Below are positions 1 through 13,930 of a stretch of DNA of 64,000 nucleotides, piece by piece. The stretch covers positions 9,847,534-9,911,533 of the forward strand of contig NC_083409.1 of the NCBI RefSeq assembly GCF_020745735.1, written 5' to 3'. The stretch's first letter is position 1, and every line of letters starts with the position of its first letter. The stretch comes from Hemiscyllium ocellatum. Its lineage: Eukaryota. The notes beneath the pieces are model-generated. The model was not told the DNA's origin. It made no database searches and saw only the letters and a list, made by a program, of their open reading frames with translations. The position numbers were made by a program, and so were the translations under genes.

Positions 1-1530
1 GATGAACAGCTGAGGATCCTGGGATTGTATTCATTCGACTTTCGAAGGGGAGATTTAATAAAAACTTACAGGATAATGCATGGCTTTGAAATGTTGGATG
101 CTGGGAAATTGTTTCCATTTGGTGGGGGTACTAGGACCCGTGGGCACAGCCTTAGAGTTAGAGGGGGTCAGTTTAAAACAGAACTGAGGAGACATTTCTT
201 AAGCTAGAGAGTGATGGGCCTTTGGAATTTATTGCCAGAGAGCGCACTGGCGGCTGAAATATTAAATGTCTTCAAGGCAGAGATTGATAAATTCTTAATC
301 TTGGAATGAATTAAGGGCTACAGGGAGAGTGTGGGTAACTGTCCTTCAATGCCCAACACCCATGATTGAATGGCGGAGTGGACTAGATGGACCAAATGGC
401 CTTACTTCCACTCCTTTGTCTTATGGTCTTATGTGGAGCTGAGTCCATGAAAAGATCAGCCATGATCTTATTGAATGGCAGAGCAGGGTTGAAGGGCCAG
501 ATGGCCAACTCCTGCTCCTAGTTCTTATGTTCTGATGTTCCTTGGGAGTACTGAGGAACAAAGGGACTTTGGTGTACAAGTCCATCAATCCCGGAAGGTA
601 TCAGCACAGCTAGACAGGGTGGTGAAGAAGGCATATGGGATGCTTGCCATCATTAGAGAAAATAATACCGGCATGGACAATTTTGTAAACGGTGAGAAAA
701 TTCATAACGTCAAAGTACAAAGTGATCTAGGAATGCTAGTCCCGGATTCTCTAAAGGTTAACTTGCAAGTTGAATCTGTGGTTAAGAATGCAAATGTAGT
801 GTTGTCATTTATCTCAAGAGCTGAAAAAGAGCCATTCCTGAAGAAGGGCTTATGCCCGAATCGTCGAATTTCCTGTTCCTTGGATGCTGCCTGACCTGCT
901 GCGCTTTTCCAGCAACACATTTTCAGCTGCTTGCCATCATGAGCCAGGGTGTAGAATATAGGAAGTAGAAATTCTTGTTGTTACCTGACAGAGCACTGGT
1001 TAGGTCATGTCTGGAATACTGTGCACAGTTCTGGTCGTGACACTGTTGGAAGAACATGATTGAACTGGAGAGGATGCAGAGGAGATTAACCAGAATGTTC
1101 CCGGGGATGGAAAGTGGTCGTTATGAGGAGAGATTGGATAGACTGGGTTTGTTTTCTCTGGGGGAAATCTGATTGAGGTATACACAAATATGAAAGGCAT
1201 AGACAAAGTAAATTGTGAGAATCTTTTCCCCATGTCAGACATGTCTATGACCAGAGGGAATAAGCTTACCGTGTAAAAAACTAGTTTAGAGAGGTTTTGA
1301 GGACTTTTTTCCCCTAGAGGGTGGTAGAAATATGGAATGTGCAGCTTGAGAAGGTGGTGGAGACAGCTCCTCTCACAACATTTAAGAAACATCCAGACGA
1401 GCACATAAAATGCCAGGGCTTGGAAGGCCATGGACCAAGTGCAGGTAAATGGAGTTTGGTGATTACTGATTGGCATCGACATGTGGACAAACAGAAGGGC
1501 CTGTTTGTTTGCTGTATGACTCTATGACAA
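1..1530 (+). mobile_element. Cluster of CR1 LINE 3' fragments with a PLE terminus at about 830-930
   Basis: Typical CR1 C-terminal peptides (RRGDLIKTYRIM, TRGHSLRV, LEYCAQFWS-like) and 3'UTR tails. Confidence 0.8.
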
Positions 1531-1536
1531 TGTAGA

Positions 1537-4500
1537 GATGGATGTGGAAGCATTTTTCATGTTATTTCAGAAGATAGCAACACAAGTGAGGTGGGAAAAA
1601 CAGGTTGGACTTTGCCCATGCAAAAATGAAAATGGAAAGCACAAGAGGTTTCTACATCCCTGTCAGAGGAATGTTCTCGGGATCACAAGGAGTTGGCCCC
1701 AGAAACATACAGACAGATGTTTCAGAACTGACACAAACAGCCTGGACAAACTTCTACTGAGTTTAAGAGAGTTCAACAAAATAATGTTGACAGGTGGATA
1801 AGAGCATTAACAACTGAGAATACTTACAATGCTCTCAGAGAAGATATCCTTTGAGAAGAATTTAAAACTTCCTTCCCTTCTAGAATCAGAATTCATGTAG
1901 ATGACCAAAGGGGAGCGACAGTAAGACAAGCAGCTAGAATGGCTAATGATTATAGACTTTGTTAAAACCAAAACCCTGCAGATGCTGGAATCCAAAGTAG
2001 ATAAACAGGAGGCTGGAAGAGCACAACAAGCCAAGCAGCATCAGGAGGTGGAGAAGTCACCTGATGGGAGACCGATCCAGGAACCTTTTTCCCATCAGGC
2101 CCAGAAATGGGAGAAAAATAAAAATTGGGAGAGTCTAAGGAAGGTAGATAGCCAGGGGAGAGAATGGACAGGAGGGAACAGCCCGAGAACTCCTCCTCAG
2201 ATTAAGAAGGAAATTGCTGAGGGTGGAAGTGATGATCAGAAGCTGAAATGTTTCTCTTGGAATAAGGTGGGCCATGTATGTTTGGAATGTTGGAAGTTGA
2301 GGTAAACCCATGGGATTTATGTGAGTTAGTAAAATGAGTCAGAGAAGGGAACACAGACAGATAATCCCACGGAGCAGGTTGTAGCTGTCACTATAACAAA
2401 AAGGCCAAAGGTGAATTCTGTCATTAGTAAAGGAAGTTGTCAGGTAGGTGAGAGGTGGACAGGACTTTTATCAAAAGGAATGGTGACTCCATTTTCTTCA
2501 GCTAAACCCAGAACCAAACTGAGAGATACAGGAGCAACACAGTCCCTTTTACTGGAGAAAGAATTGATATTCCCTCCAGAGAGCTCGATGGGAGCTAAGG
2601 TATTAATCAATGGGATTGGTGGAGAATATATTCCACTTCCATTGTATACAGTACAGCTGGAATGTGATTTGTTATCAGGAGAAGTAATTGTTGGAATGGG
2701 AAAACATTCCCTGTTGAGGGAGTCGATTTCCTTCTGGAGAATGGTTTGTCCGGACTAAAGGCAGTATCTTCCCCGATAATTACAGAATGTCCAAAGGAGA
2801 GCCAAGAAACAGAACAATGACAGGAACAGGTTCCTGGTCTCTCTCCTTCGTGTGAGGTAACCAGGGCAATGGTTAAACAAAATCCATCAATAAGGGTTGA
2901 TGTGACACCACAGCAAGTGAAAGGATCGCTGAAACTTTCCGAAAGGGTGAAGATAATCCAGGTGGAGTGGTTGGTATGATGTCACTAATTACAGCAGATC
3001 CAAAAAGCAGATCCTGAATGAAATAAATGAGCACAGTCAGCTCAAACTGAGATCGAGGCTGGAGGAGTTTCAGAGTGTTATTGTGTTCAGAATAGAGCGC
3101 TGATGAGGAAGTGGAGACCCCCTCATGGACCCCCAGATGAAGAATGGTCGGTTAGACATTGGCTAGTGGTCCCACCCAGCTATCATAAGGACATTGTAGA
3201 AGGGGCACGTGAGACTCCCATGGCAGGTCACATGGGGATTTGGAAAACACAGGCATCCAGAAACAGGTATTTTACTGAGCCACAATTGGATAAAGATGTG
3301 GTGCAGTTTTATAAAACGTGTCTTACTTGTCAAGTTGTAGGTAAATCTCAATACAAAACCAGCATCCTTAATTCCTCTCCCAGTTTTTGAGGAACCATCC
3401 TATCATGTACAGGTGTGTCAAGTAGTGAGTATAATAGAGGAGGGGATCAGAAAATGTTTGAGATCAAAAAAGACCTGGACACTTCCCAAAGGAAACTTCC
3501 TGTTATTAGATGAACAAATTCAGAGATATTTGAGACTTCAGGCACTGCATTTTTGAATCTGGAGAAAGATCAACAGGTAGATTTAGTGAGGCTGCTCAGA
3601 CAATACAAAGATGTTTGTATGAGGAGTTGTTGAGGACTTTGATTCTGTACTTGATGGAGTTTAGAAAGATGAGAGGGAATGTCATTGAAACTTACAGAAT
3701 ACAGGTTGGCCTGGATAGAGTGGACATGGAGGAGATGTTTCTAATAATAGCAGAGTTGGAGACCTGAGGGCACAGCCTCAGAGTGAAGAGACGGTCTTTC
3801 GAACTGAGTTGAGAAGGAATTTCTTCATCCAGGGTGTCATTAATCTGTGGAACTGCAGAGGGACTTGGAGGCCAATTCATTGAGTGTATTTAAGAAAGAG
3901 ATAGATTGGCTCTTGATTGGTCAAGGGATCAAGATTTACAGGGAAAAGGGAAGAGATTGGGGCTGAGAAACATTATCAACTGTAAATGACCAGACATGAT
4001 GGGCCATATGGCCCAATTCTGCTCCTTTATCTTGTGGACTTGTATTGATACACTTAGATCTACCACATGAATAAAATACAACATGAATTTGGTAATTCAG
4101 ACAAAATAAAACAAAAACCAACTGAAACCGGCAATGGAACAGAGGGCTTCCATGTTGGAGAATCAGCTGATTGAACCATATCAGAGTAATTGGAGTTCTC
4201 CTGTAGTATTGGCTCCTGAACCAAACTGTTCAATTTAATTCTGTGTAGACTCGAGGAATGTGAGTCTCGTCACAAAACCAGATTCATTCCCTATTTCCAT
4301 CTGAGAAGGTTGCATAGAGAGGGTTTGTAGTATATCATTCTTGTATAAAATTGATTTGTTAAAAGGATGTTGACAAGAACTCACTGATAACTAGAACTAA
4401 GCGAGTTTCTGTATTTATCACACCTAATGGATTATACCCAATGGCAAGTTTTGCTGTGTGGACTTAACAACTCTCCAGGCACATTTGAATGATTATTGTG
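1537..4500 (+). mobile_element. Degenerate Gmr1-like Ty3/Gypsy LTR retrotransposon (gag-PR-IN-RT order)
   Basis: gag remnant (DVEAFFMLF..., YRQMF..., RWIRAL...TYNALREDIL), zinc knuckle KCFSWNKVGHVCLEC, protease RDTGATQSLL (about 2520), integrase zinc region (about 3100-3390), then RT fragments (SSPVVLAP...PDSFPI, about 4190-4490). CR1 tail inserted at about 3620-4040. Confidence 0.8.
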
Positions 4501-5139
4501 AAAGTGAACAAGGTCACACTCCCCCACATTACACTCCATCTGCCCAATATTTCTTCAAAGCCCAGCTGTATCTAATATTCAGCAGGATGGACCTTCAATG
4601 CGAAAGAGCCATTTGTAACTAGAATAATGACACATCTCTGAGAATCACATTAATAATTGTTTTTATTGAAGCTTTCATTAGTTCTGTGTTGATTGACACA
4701 ATGCTCTGGTTTGGGCTTTGCTGTCTGTACAAACCATCTGTAATGTCTTTGCTGCAATGGTTCACATTTACATCATCAAACTCACACTCCAAATATCCCG
4801 TCATTATTCTCCATGGGATTCACTGGAATTGGGTCAGATCGAACTCCCAGCAGCTGAAATGGAGGGAGCGATACGGCTTACAGAGCAAGAGATGGAGCAC
4901 AGGGAGATAGAGAGAGAGAGAGAGAGAGAGATGGAGCACTAAAAGAGAGGGGGACAGAGCTTGGACAGAGAAAGAGGGATGGAACTCAGAGTGAGTTCTA
5001 TGCAGCTGAGTTAGAGAGGGGTGGGAAGAGAGAGTGGGAGAGATAGATGGAGTCAAGGAGTTGTATATCAAAGATAAATTATACTCTGTTAAAGATTGCA
5101 CTGGATGAATGCTGACTGTCTGACTCTATAAACACTACC

Positions 5140-8100
5140 TACAAAGCTGCCTAACTTTGTGTCATTAGCAAACTAGAGTATCTGACTTTCTATGCCATTA
5201 TCCAAGGCATTAATAAATAATGTAAATAATTGAGGTGTGTGCACACATTCCTATTGGACACCACTGGTCACATCCTGCCAATTTCAGCATTTATCCATGA
5301 TCCCTATTTTCTGTCACCTGTCACTCAACCAATTTCGGTATGGCAGTATTTTAGCCTCAATTCTGTGGATTTCTAACTGAGTTGACAGTTTCTTACATGG
5401 GATTTTATCAAATGCCTTCTGGAAGTCCCTATAAACAACATCCATTGACATTACTGTGTCCAGTAATTTTGTTTCCTCTTCAAAAATGTTCAATGAGGTT
5501 TTTCACCATGACCAACTTGTCATGAATCCATGCTGACTCTCCCTGATTAACTGACCATTTTCAAGGTCTTCAGTTACCCCTATCCTTGATTATAGACTAT
5601 AACAATTTCCACACCACAAACGTTGGCTTGGTGACCTGTAATTCCCTGGCTTTTCTCTAACATCCTTGTTAAATGTGAAATGAAATTTGCAATTTTCCAA
5701 TTCAGAGGTACGACTCCTGAATCCAGGTAACTCTGAAAGATTATAGTCAGAGTGTCTGCAATGTGGTCTATGACTACTTTATCACCCTCAGGTCCTGAGG
5801 ATTTGTTTCTCGTTCGTTCCATTATTTTCCTTATTACACATGGTATATTGACATTAACTTTATTCATGTGACACAGTGGTTAGCACTGCTGCCTCACAGC
5901 ACCAGAGTCACAGGGTCAATTCCAGCCTTGGGCAACTGCCTGTGGGGAGTTTGCACATTGTCTGCACGGATTTCCTCCTACTATCCAAAGATGTGCAGGT
6001 CAGGTGAATTGGCCATACTAAATTGCCCATAGTGTCAGGTGCATTAGTCAGAGGGAAAATGGGTCTGGGTGGGTTACACTTCGGAGGGTCGGTGTGGACT
6101 GGTTGGGCCAAAAGGCATGTTTGCACACTGCAGGGAATCTAATCAGTCCCTGACACAGATCCTCTGTTAATTCCTTTGGGACTTCAGGCAAGTCCTCTTC
6201 CTTTTCTGCTGCAAATCTTGAGGTAAAGTATTTATTTAACATGGCTGTCATTTCCCCATTGTCACTAACAGTATCCCTCATTTTCAATCTTTAACAACCA
6301 GCTTTGCTCCTGACCTCCCAGCTTCCCTGTTATGGAACTGTAACATTTCTCCTCATTTATTTTGTTATCCCTTACATGTTTCCTTTCAGAATCCCTTCTG
6401 GTAGCTCTTAGAAGCTGATATGTGGCTCTTTTGTATCCTTCCCATTCAGCAGAATCTGTCCTTATTTTTTGCTTTTCTGTAAGCCTTCTTTAAACATTTT
6501 ATTCTTTCCCTTATCTCTTTAATTGACCATTGTTGTTTGTTCGCTTTTCCCTCTCAGGTATAAACTGGCTTTGTTTTGTGTTGAATGTTCCTTTAAACAT
6601 TCCCCACTGTTCTTCAGTTGTTTTACCCATGAGCAGATTTTCCCAGTTTATTGTGGACAGTCTCTGTCGCATCTCGTTAAAGTCGGCCTTAACGTAATCT
6701 CAAACTCTAGCAGCTGATTCATGCTTTTTACTTTCAAATGCGACACTGAACTCGATCATGTTATGATCACTATTTGATTAATGTTCATGCACAAGTAGTT
6801 ACAAACTAAATCTGGCTCATTATTCATTACTAATTCCAATATTGCTTGTCCCCTTGTTGTATCCAGGACCTATTGCTGTTGGAAACTATTCTGGACACAC
6901 AGCAGCAATTCACTACCTTTCTGACAGAGGGCTTGTCTGTCTCCCATTCGAAGTTAAAGTTAAACTTCCCCATTAATAATACACTGGCTTTGCTACACAC
7001 TTGTCTAATTTCTGTATATATACAATCCAGCACCTCCGAGCTGCTGTCAGGGGGGTCTGTATCCAACATCTACTACAGTTTTAGATCCTTTCCTGCTCCT
7101 CAGTTCCACTGAGTGTTTTCTCCTCATTATGACCTCCCTCACCATTGAAGCCATTTTTTCCCTCATCAATGAAGCTGCTCCACCTCTTCTGCCATTTCCC
7201 ATATCCATCCTGTGAACCTTCTAACCCGATAGATATCGTTCCCAATCTGAATGATTCTGCAACTATGGCTCAGTAATTGATCCGATACCACAATCTTAAA
7301 TTTGAATTTGTGCCTGCAGATTTGTTGTATTTATTCCTTATGCTCCGTGCATTCGTATATAGAAATCTTATTTGGTCCATTCACCTAAAACTGTTCCTCA
7401 GCACTGATGCTGTATTCACCTCTTGCTTATTTCTCTCCATCTGTTTAATCAATATCCTTCTGATAGCTTTCCTGATATTGTCCAAATAGGACCTTTTGCC
7501 GATTTTTGCTGATGTTGTTGGTCCCAACACATACAACAACAACTGGATCCTCAACCCCCACCCCTCCACCCCCCAAGTCTGTTATAATTAAAAGCCGGCT
7601 CAAGATGCCCTTACCTTGAAACCAGGCAGGCAACACACCATGTGGGGCTCTCAATCCTGCTCACAAAGGATGCTATCAGTTTCCCTCATTATCAAGACCC
7701 CTCTTTTCTTTGTGCTCCCCCAATCTGAGTGGCCTCCTGGACCATGGTGCAGTGATTTCCTTCGTTCATTCATAGGAAATGGACATCTCTGGCCAAGCCA
7801 GCAATGACTGCCCGTAGGAGTCATCGAATCATAGAATCCATACCGTGTGAAACAGGCCATTCAGACCAATGATTCCACACCAACATTCTGAAGAGCATCC
7901 CACCCAGACTTGTCTCCCTACCTTATCCCTGTAAATCTGCATCTCCCATAGCTAATGCACCTAAGCTACACATCCCTACATTTTCCCCAGTTTAGACATT
8001 ATAATTTCTGCTCTATCTTTATCTTTTTATATAATGACTTTGAAACTTACAGAGTTATGGTCACTATCACCAAAATCCTCAAACGACATTTTCCCATTCT

Positions 8101-8480
8101 CCCGACAATCCTTTTCCTCATTGACACAGGGAGCAAGTACCTCATTCCTGTTGGACAAGGAGCTGAGGCACTTGTACGGCTAAATCCAGGCTGCATCGAC
8201 CTGTTCACTTTTGGTCACACCCTCCTGTCCCTGACCACTGGCCATAATTTGAAGTATTTAACCTACAAGGTGTGACTGTCTCCCCAAACACAGTGTCCAG
8301 GTAACTCTCCCCCTCCCTGATGTGTCGCAGTGTTTGAAGCTCAGATTCCAGCTCATCAACTCTGAGCTGGAGTGCCTTGAGCAACCAACACTTGCTGTAG
8401 ATGTGGTCACTCTGAGCTACAATGGGCTCCACCAGCTTCCCCATCGTACAATTACTACACATCGCCCGGCCCTGTATGTG
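5140..8480 (-). mobile_element. Near full-length degenerate CR1 LINE (ORF1 zinc finger/zipper and esterase, EN, RT), interrupted by a SINE
   Basis: ORF 8205-8462 (CSKC...LQLRVDELESEL), esterase VVVCVGTNNI (about 7500), EN (LLMGKFNF), RT pieces 5140-5860. Confidence 0.8.
5872..6150 (+). mobile_element. HE1-type SINE
   Basis: CAGTGGTTAGCACTGCTGCCTCACAGC head and CR1-derived tail. Confidence 0.85.
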
Positions 8481-9874
8481 GAAATTATTTGAGGAGTTTT
8501 TAATTTATATTTTAAAATTTGCTGCTGGTCTTTAGTTTTTAATCTGTAAAATATTTCGGTCCAGGAGACAGAGAAGGTGCCAGCACAGGAGGAGGCTGTT
8601 CAGCCCCTCGTGTCAGTGCTAGCTGTTTACAAGCCTCAATTACAATGAACATCTCCATTGAATGTCTGTTGTCAGGAAGTGATTGAGTCTGTTTTTAGAG
8701 ACAGAATAACGGACAAATATGAACTGGTCCGAGAGAATCAGCATGGATTGACAAAGGTTCAGACATCTTTAACTAACCAGGTTACACTTTGTTAGGAGCT
8801 CACTCGTGTGGGATATAAGGGAATGTCGATGGCTATTGTCTGTAGGGAATTCCAAAAGACATTTAAGAATGTTCCACAAAAGAAACATTGATTCAGATCT
8901 TACACTCCACAACCATCTGATGAAGGAGCAGCGCTCCAAACGCTAATGCTTCCAAACAAAGCTGTTGCATTAGAAGCTGGTGTTCTGTGATTTTTAACAT
9001 TTACACGACAGTCCAACACCGGCATCTCCAAATCATGGAATTGGATGGAATTTGAGAAATGCATTTACCTTGGGTCAGGAATGGGTCTGTCTAGGAGACA
9101 GAGAGGAAGGATAATGTGCGTGTGTTCCAATGAGCCAGATGTGAGTAGTGTTATTCCCAGGGATCTATGCTGGGACCTCAGCTTTTCACGATATTTCTCA
9201 ATGACTTGGATGAAGAAACAGAGGGCCATATATCCAAGATTATTGATCACACTGAGTGAGGCAGCTTGGAGGAGGTCACAGAGATAGGGAGGGTGGAAGA
9301 ACAGGGAGCAGATTGAGAACAAGGATGAGAATTTGAAAATCGAGGTATTGCTGGACCAGGAGCTTATGTCAGTCAGTGAGGATTGTGGTGGTCATGGTGG
9401 GGTGGGGAGGCGTGTGCAGGAGTATGGGGTGGACTTGGTGTGAGTTTGAAAACAGACAGCAGAGTTTGGGATGAGCTGATGTTTACGGAAGTCAGTGGCT
9501 GTGATGTGGGCCTGGATAACATTGGAATGGTCACAAAAACATGGTTGAGATTTTCAGTGGCTGATAATTGTGATGTGGTGGATTTGCGCCTCAAATCCGC
9601 CTCAAAGATGAGGCCAAAGTTGTAAAGAATCTGGTTGAGCAGCAGACAGTGCTCAGGGAGAGGGATGGAGCTTGTACCAGGAGCTGAAGAAGATGACTTT
9701 GATCTTCCCAATGTGTTTCCCAGTGAGCCTGGCTCCTCAGTCCTGACTGCTCTTAGCTGCTGTGATTGTCACTGATTGGACACTTATTATTAGAGATTCT
9801 GACCACAGCAGAAAGCCCCAGTGTAAAAAATAACTGCAAAGACTGTCAGATCGCAAGGTTGAAACTTCACCAAG

Positions 9875-9907
9875 AGAGGAAGTGAAAGAAGGAGCTCGGA
9901 GCAGCTG
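9875..9907 (+). promoter_or_regulatory. Ets-IRF composite element (EICE) plus E-box, about 5.2 kb upstream of the V leader
   Basis: AGAGGAAGTGAAA 9875-9887 (GGAAnnGAAA with PU.1-type flank) and CAGCTG 9902-9907. Motif match only. Confidence 0.35.
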
Positions 9908-10259
9908 GGTGTTTGTTACTGAGACGGGAGAAAACTGTGAACCATCTGCACTCCCTGGAATCTGACAGCACAGGAGGAGGCCATTCAGCCTATCATGTCT
10001 TTGAATGACCCAGTTAATCCCACTGCTCCCCTCTCTCTCCCCGTAACCCAGCAAATCTTTCCTTTACAGCTCAATCTCCAATTCCTTCTTATCGACCTCA
10101 TGTCCACAGAGTGAGGCTGCCCTGAACCTGGGCTTCAAATTGGTATCTCATTCATTGGGAGACAAACTGCCTGGGCTGGGAAATGGAGCTCAGGATCCTG
10201 AACATTCCCTCTCCCCTCCTGAGGAACACTTCAGTTGGTTTTGCATATTCACCTGTGGG

Positions 10260-12360
10260 AAGGGGCTTCACCGGCTGGGTCAACATTTTTTACCCTGTCC
10301 CTAGTTGCCCTGGAGTAGGTGGTGGGAAGCTGCCATCTTGAATTGTTATCGTCCATAAGCTGTAAGTTGACCCACAATGCCAGCATTTTAACCCAGCAAG
10401 GCTGAGGGATCAGCGACATATTTCCAAGTCCGGATGCTAAGCTTTTTCGAGGGGAACTTGCAGCTCACAGTGTTCCCATGTATCTGCTGCTCTTGTTCTC
10501 AATGGAAGTGAACGTGGGTTTGAAGGGAAACCAAAAGAACTGCAGATGCTGTAAATCTGAGACAAAAATAGAAAGTGCTGGAAAAGCTCAGCAGCTCTGG
10601 CAGCATCTGTGAAGAGAAATCAGAGTTAATATTTCATACTCAACCTGAAATGTTAATTCTGATTTCTCTCCAAGATGCTGCCAGACCTGCTGAGCTTTTC
10701 CTGAAATTTCTATTTTTGTCCATGGGTTTGGAAGGTGCTATCTGAAGATCAGTGATGAATTTCTGCAGTGCATCTTATCGATAATACACACTGCTGCTAT
10801 GGAGCGTCAGTGACGGTGAGTTTGGATGTTTTGAGAATGCGATGCTAATCAAGGAGTTTGCTTTGCTCTGGATGGTATCAAGCTTTTTGAGTGGATAAGA
10901 AAGACATAGGATACAATCGACATAGATAGGAAAGGTTTCAAGGGATATGTGTGAAATGCAGGCAAATAAGATGAGTTCACTTCAGAAAACTTGGTCAGCA
11001 TGTAGAAGTTTGGCTTAAGGCTTTGTTTCTGTGCTGTATGACTCTGTGGCACTATCAATCTATGAATGTTGTTGGAGCTGCACCTGTCCAGGCAAGTGGG
11101 GAGTATTTGCTCACACTCCTGACTTGGTTGACAGGCTTTGGGGGGATCAGGAGGTGAATTACTGGATGCAGTATTCCTAGCCTCTAACTTGCTCTTGTAA
11201 CCACTGTGTTTCTTTGGTGAATCCAGTTATGTTTCTGGTCAATGACACCTCAAGAATGTTGATAGTGGGGATTCAGTGATGGTAATAGCATTGACTGTCA
11301 AGGGGCGATGTTTAGATTGTCTCTTATTGGTGATGGTGATTGGCTGGCATTTGCATGGCCCCAATGGGAAATGTCACTTCTCAGACAAAACTTGGATATT
11401 GTCCAGATATTGTTGCATTTGCACGAGAACTGCTTCAGTATCTGAGGAGTTGGGAAGAGTGCTGAGCATTGTGCAATAAGAGTTTGCCTTGAGTTGCAAT
11501 ATCTGTTCGGAGTCTGTCCTATTTAGTACGGTGATAGTACCACACAACACAATGGAGGGGATTCTCAATGTGAAGGATAGACTTTGTTTCCACAAGGACT
11601 GTGTGATGGTCACTCTTACCAATACTGTCAAGGATAGATGCATCTACAGCCATAAGATTGGTGAGGATGGGGTCAAGCAACTTTTTCCATCTCTTTGGTT
11701 CCAGCTGCAGAGCCAGTCCCTCAGCTACATCCATGAGGAACCAACCAGCTCGATCAGTAATGCTGCTGCTGAGCCACTCTCAGTCGTGGACATTGAAACC
11801 ACCCCACCCAGAGTACACTCTCTGCTGTCATCAAACTCAGTGCTTTCTCCAAATGTTGTTCAACATGGAGGAGAGACTGATTCATCAGCCGAGGGAGCAA
11901 GATACCTTGTAATCACCAGGAGGTTTCCTCGCCCATGTTTAACCAGGTGTCATGAGTCTTCACGGGAGACAACTTTGAGACTTCCCAGGGTAACTCCCTT
12001 CTGGCCGTAGACCACTGTGTCATCAGCTCTGCTGGGTCTGCCTTTCTGGTGGGACAGGACACATGCAGGGACAGTGATGGTGGTGTCTGGGGCATTGTCT
12101 GAAAGGTATGGTTCTGTGAGTATGGCTGTGTCAGACTGTTGCTTGAGTCATCTGTAAGACAGCTCTCCTGAAATTGGCACTAGCTCCCAGATGTCAGTAA
12201 GGAGGATGGAGCAGGGTAGGCAGGGTTGTTTCTGTCATTGTCTTTTCGGTGTCTAGATCGATGCCTGAGGTCCGTCCGGTCTCATTACTTTGTTGAAACA
12301 TTGTCATAATTGATACAACTGTGAGCCTTGCTCGGCCATTTCAGAGGGCACTAGAGAGTC
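10260..12360 (-). mobile_element. LINE (CR1/L2-group) endonuclease and ORF2 remnants with embedded short repeats
   Basis: ORF 11519-11734 LLDPILTNL...DSIGKSDHHTVLV is an AP-endonuclease C-terminal motif. Confidence 0.65.
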
Positions 12361-13204
12361 AACCACATTGCTAGAGGACAGTGCCGTGTACCCCGGCAGT
12401 ACATTCCGACCACCCCCACTTCCCCATTCTGTATATGGAAGGCGGAAGCCTGCCAGCAGGATATTCACCCGCAGGAGCTATCACAGCCCGTATGCAATTC
12501 TGTCCCCACATCAAATCCACACAAATCCTGAATTCACATAACTCCTTCAATGTCCAAACATTCCAAGAATGTTCACAAAGTTGCAGTAAGAGGGATGGGG
12601 GAGAGGGTGGAGGAACATAAGAACTATGAGCAGGAGCAGGCAATTCAGCCCCTCGAGCCCACTCCACCATTTAATACAATCATGGCTGATCCCATCTCAG
12701 ACTCAACTCCACTTTCCTGCCCACTCTCCATCATCCTTTAACCCATTACCCATTAAATATCTGTCCATCTCCTCCTTGGTGTGAGACAGGGAAGGGACCA
12801 CTCCATTTCAGAGAAGACTGACCATGGAAGGGGAAGGAGAGGGGAAGGGATTGGAACATGTTGTGAATGGACAGGATGGGTCAGTGGTCAGAGCCTGTCC
12901 TGTCTCCCCTAGAACTCACGCTGATGATCTGAGGATCTCCTCTCTCTGCTGGGCCTTCACAGAATGAGGTTTGTGTCCAAATCAGTCCCCAGTGAGAATA
13001 GGCCAACTGCACAGAACTGCACAGAACTGCCCTTCATTTGACCAGAATCTGTCCATCTTCCTGAGAGAGGCCAAACCCTGGTCAACGTGGAAATAGGGTC
13101 TTACTCAAGGAGAAGACAGGGGTCAAAGGTTAACATCCATTAGTGGGGCAAAGCAGAGGGAGATTTAACCTGCATTCAACTGTCACCACCCAGGACACTG
13201 TCAG

Positions 13205-13357
13205 NNNNNNNNNNNNNNNNNNNNNNNNNNNNNNNNNNNNNNNNNNNNNNNNNNNNNNNNNNNNNNNNNNNNNNNNNNNNNNNNNNNNNNNNNNNNNNNN
13301 NNNNNNNNNNNNNNNNNNNNNNNNNNNNNNNNNNNNNNNNNNNNNNNNNNNNNNNNN
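13205..13357. other. Assembly gap (N)
   Basis: Run of N. Confidence 1.
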
Positions 13358-13930
13358 GCATCTGATACGGTGTAAGATATGTGAGGGGACCAAGAGAGAG
13401 GTAGAGGGAGGTAGAAATGGTGAGGTTGAGGGATAGAGAGAGAAACAAGATGTGAGACAGTGTGACTGAGAGGGATGGAGAGAGACAAAGAGACAAGGAG
13501 AGAGAGAGAGAAAGAGACAGGATGGGTGTGAGACTAAGCATGAAGAGAGTTGAGAGGGAGGGTAGGGTTGATTGTGAGAGAAAGAGAGATGAGTATGGGT
13601 AGATTTATAATGACAGAGAGAGGGGGAGAGAGACTGTAAATTGGAAGATAGAGAGGGAGGGAGAGAGAAAGAGGGAGGAATAGAGAGTGACAGGTAACAA
13701 TTGGAGGCTGAGTGAGAGAGGGAGCGAGTAACAGAGACAGTGAGAGATGGCGAAACAGATGATAAGATGTAGTCAGAAAGCATCAGTGAGTTGGAGAATG
13801 TGGCTATGAGACAGAGCGCGTGTGTGTGTGTGAGAGAGAGAGGGAGAGAACATGAAAGAGATTAACATTAGGAGAGAGAGATAGAGGTAGAGAGAAAGAA
13901 ATGGCAGATGTGAGTCAGAGAGAGAGGGAC
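13358..13930 (+). repeat. GA-rich low-complexity/microsatellite region
   Basis: Seen directly in the sequence. Confidence 0.9.

Noticed and set aside
4530-4870. Hydrophobic and Ig-C-like peptide snippets (IIVFIEAFISSVLI on +, PMENNDGIFGV on -)
   Set aside because: No consistent frame, Cys/Trp spacing or splice sites. Cannot support a gene call.
5872-5940. tRNA-like heads (A and B boxes) at SINE starts
   Set aside because: These are tRNA-derived SINE heads, not tRNA genes: no acceptor stem, and they run into the SINE body and CR1 tail.
12374-12391. GAG GAC AGT GCC GTG TAC (EDSAVY), like a V-domain F strand
   Set aside because: No following YC, no upstream V framework (a repeat abuts it) and no RSS. 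Too short to call a V fragment.
13130-13783. 217-aa and other ORFs spanning N runs or GA/CCCCTG repeats (also 17563-17991)
   Set aside because: Artefacts of assembly gaps and simple repeats.
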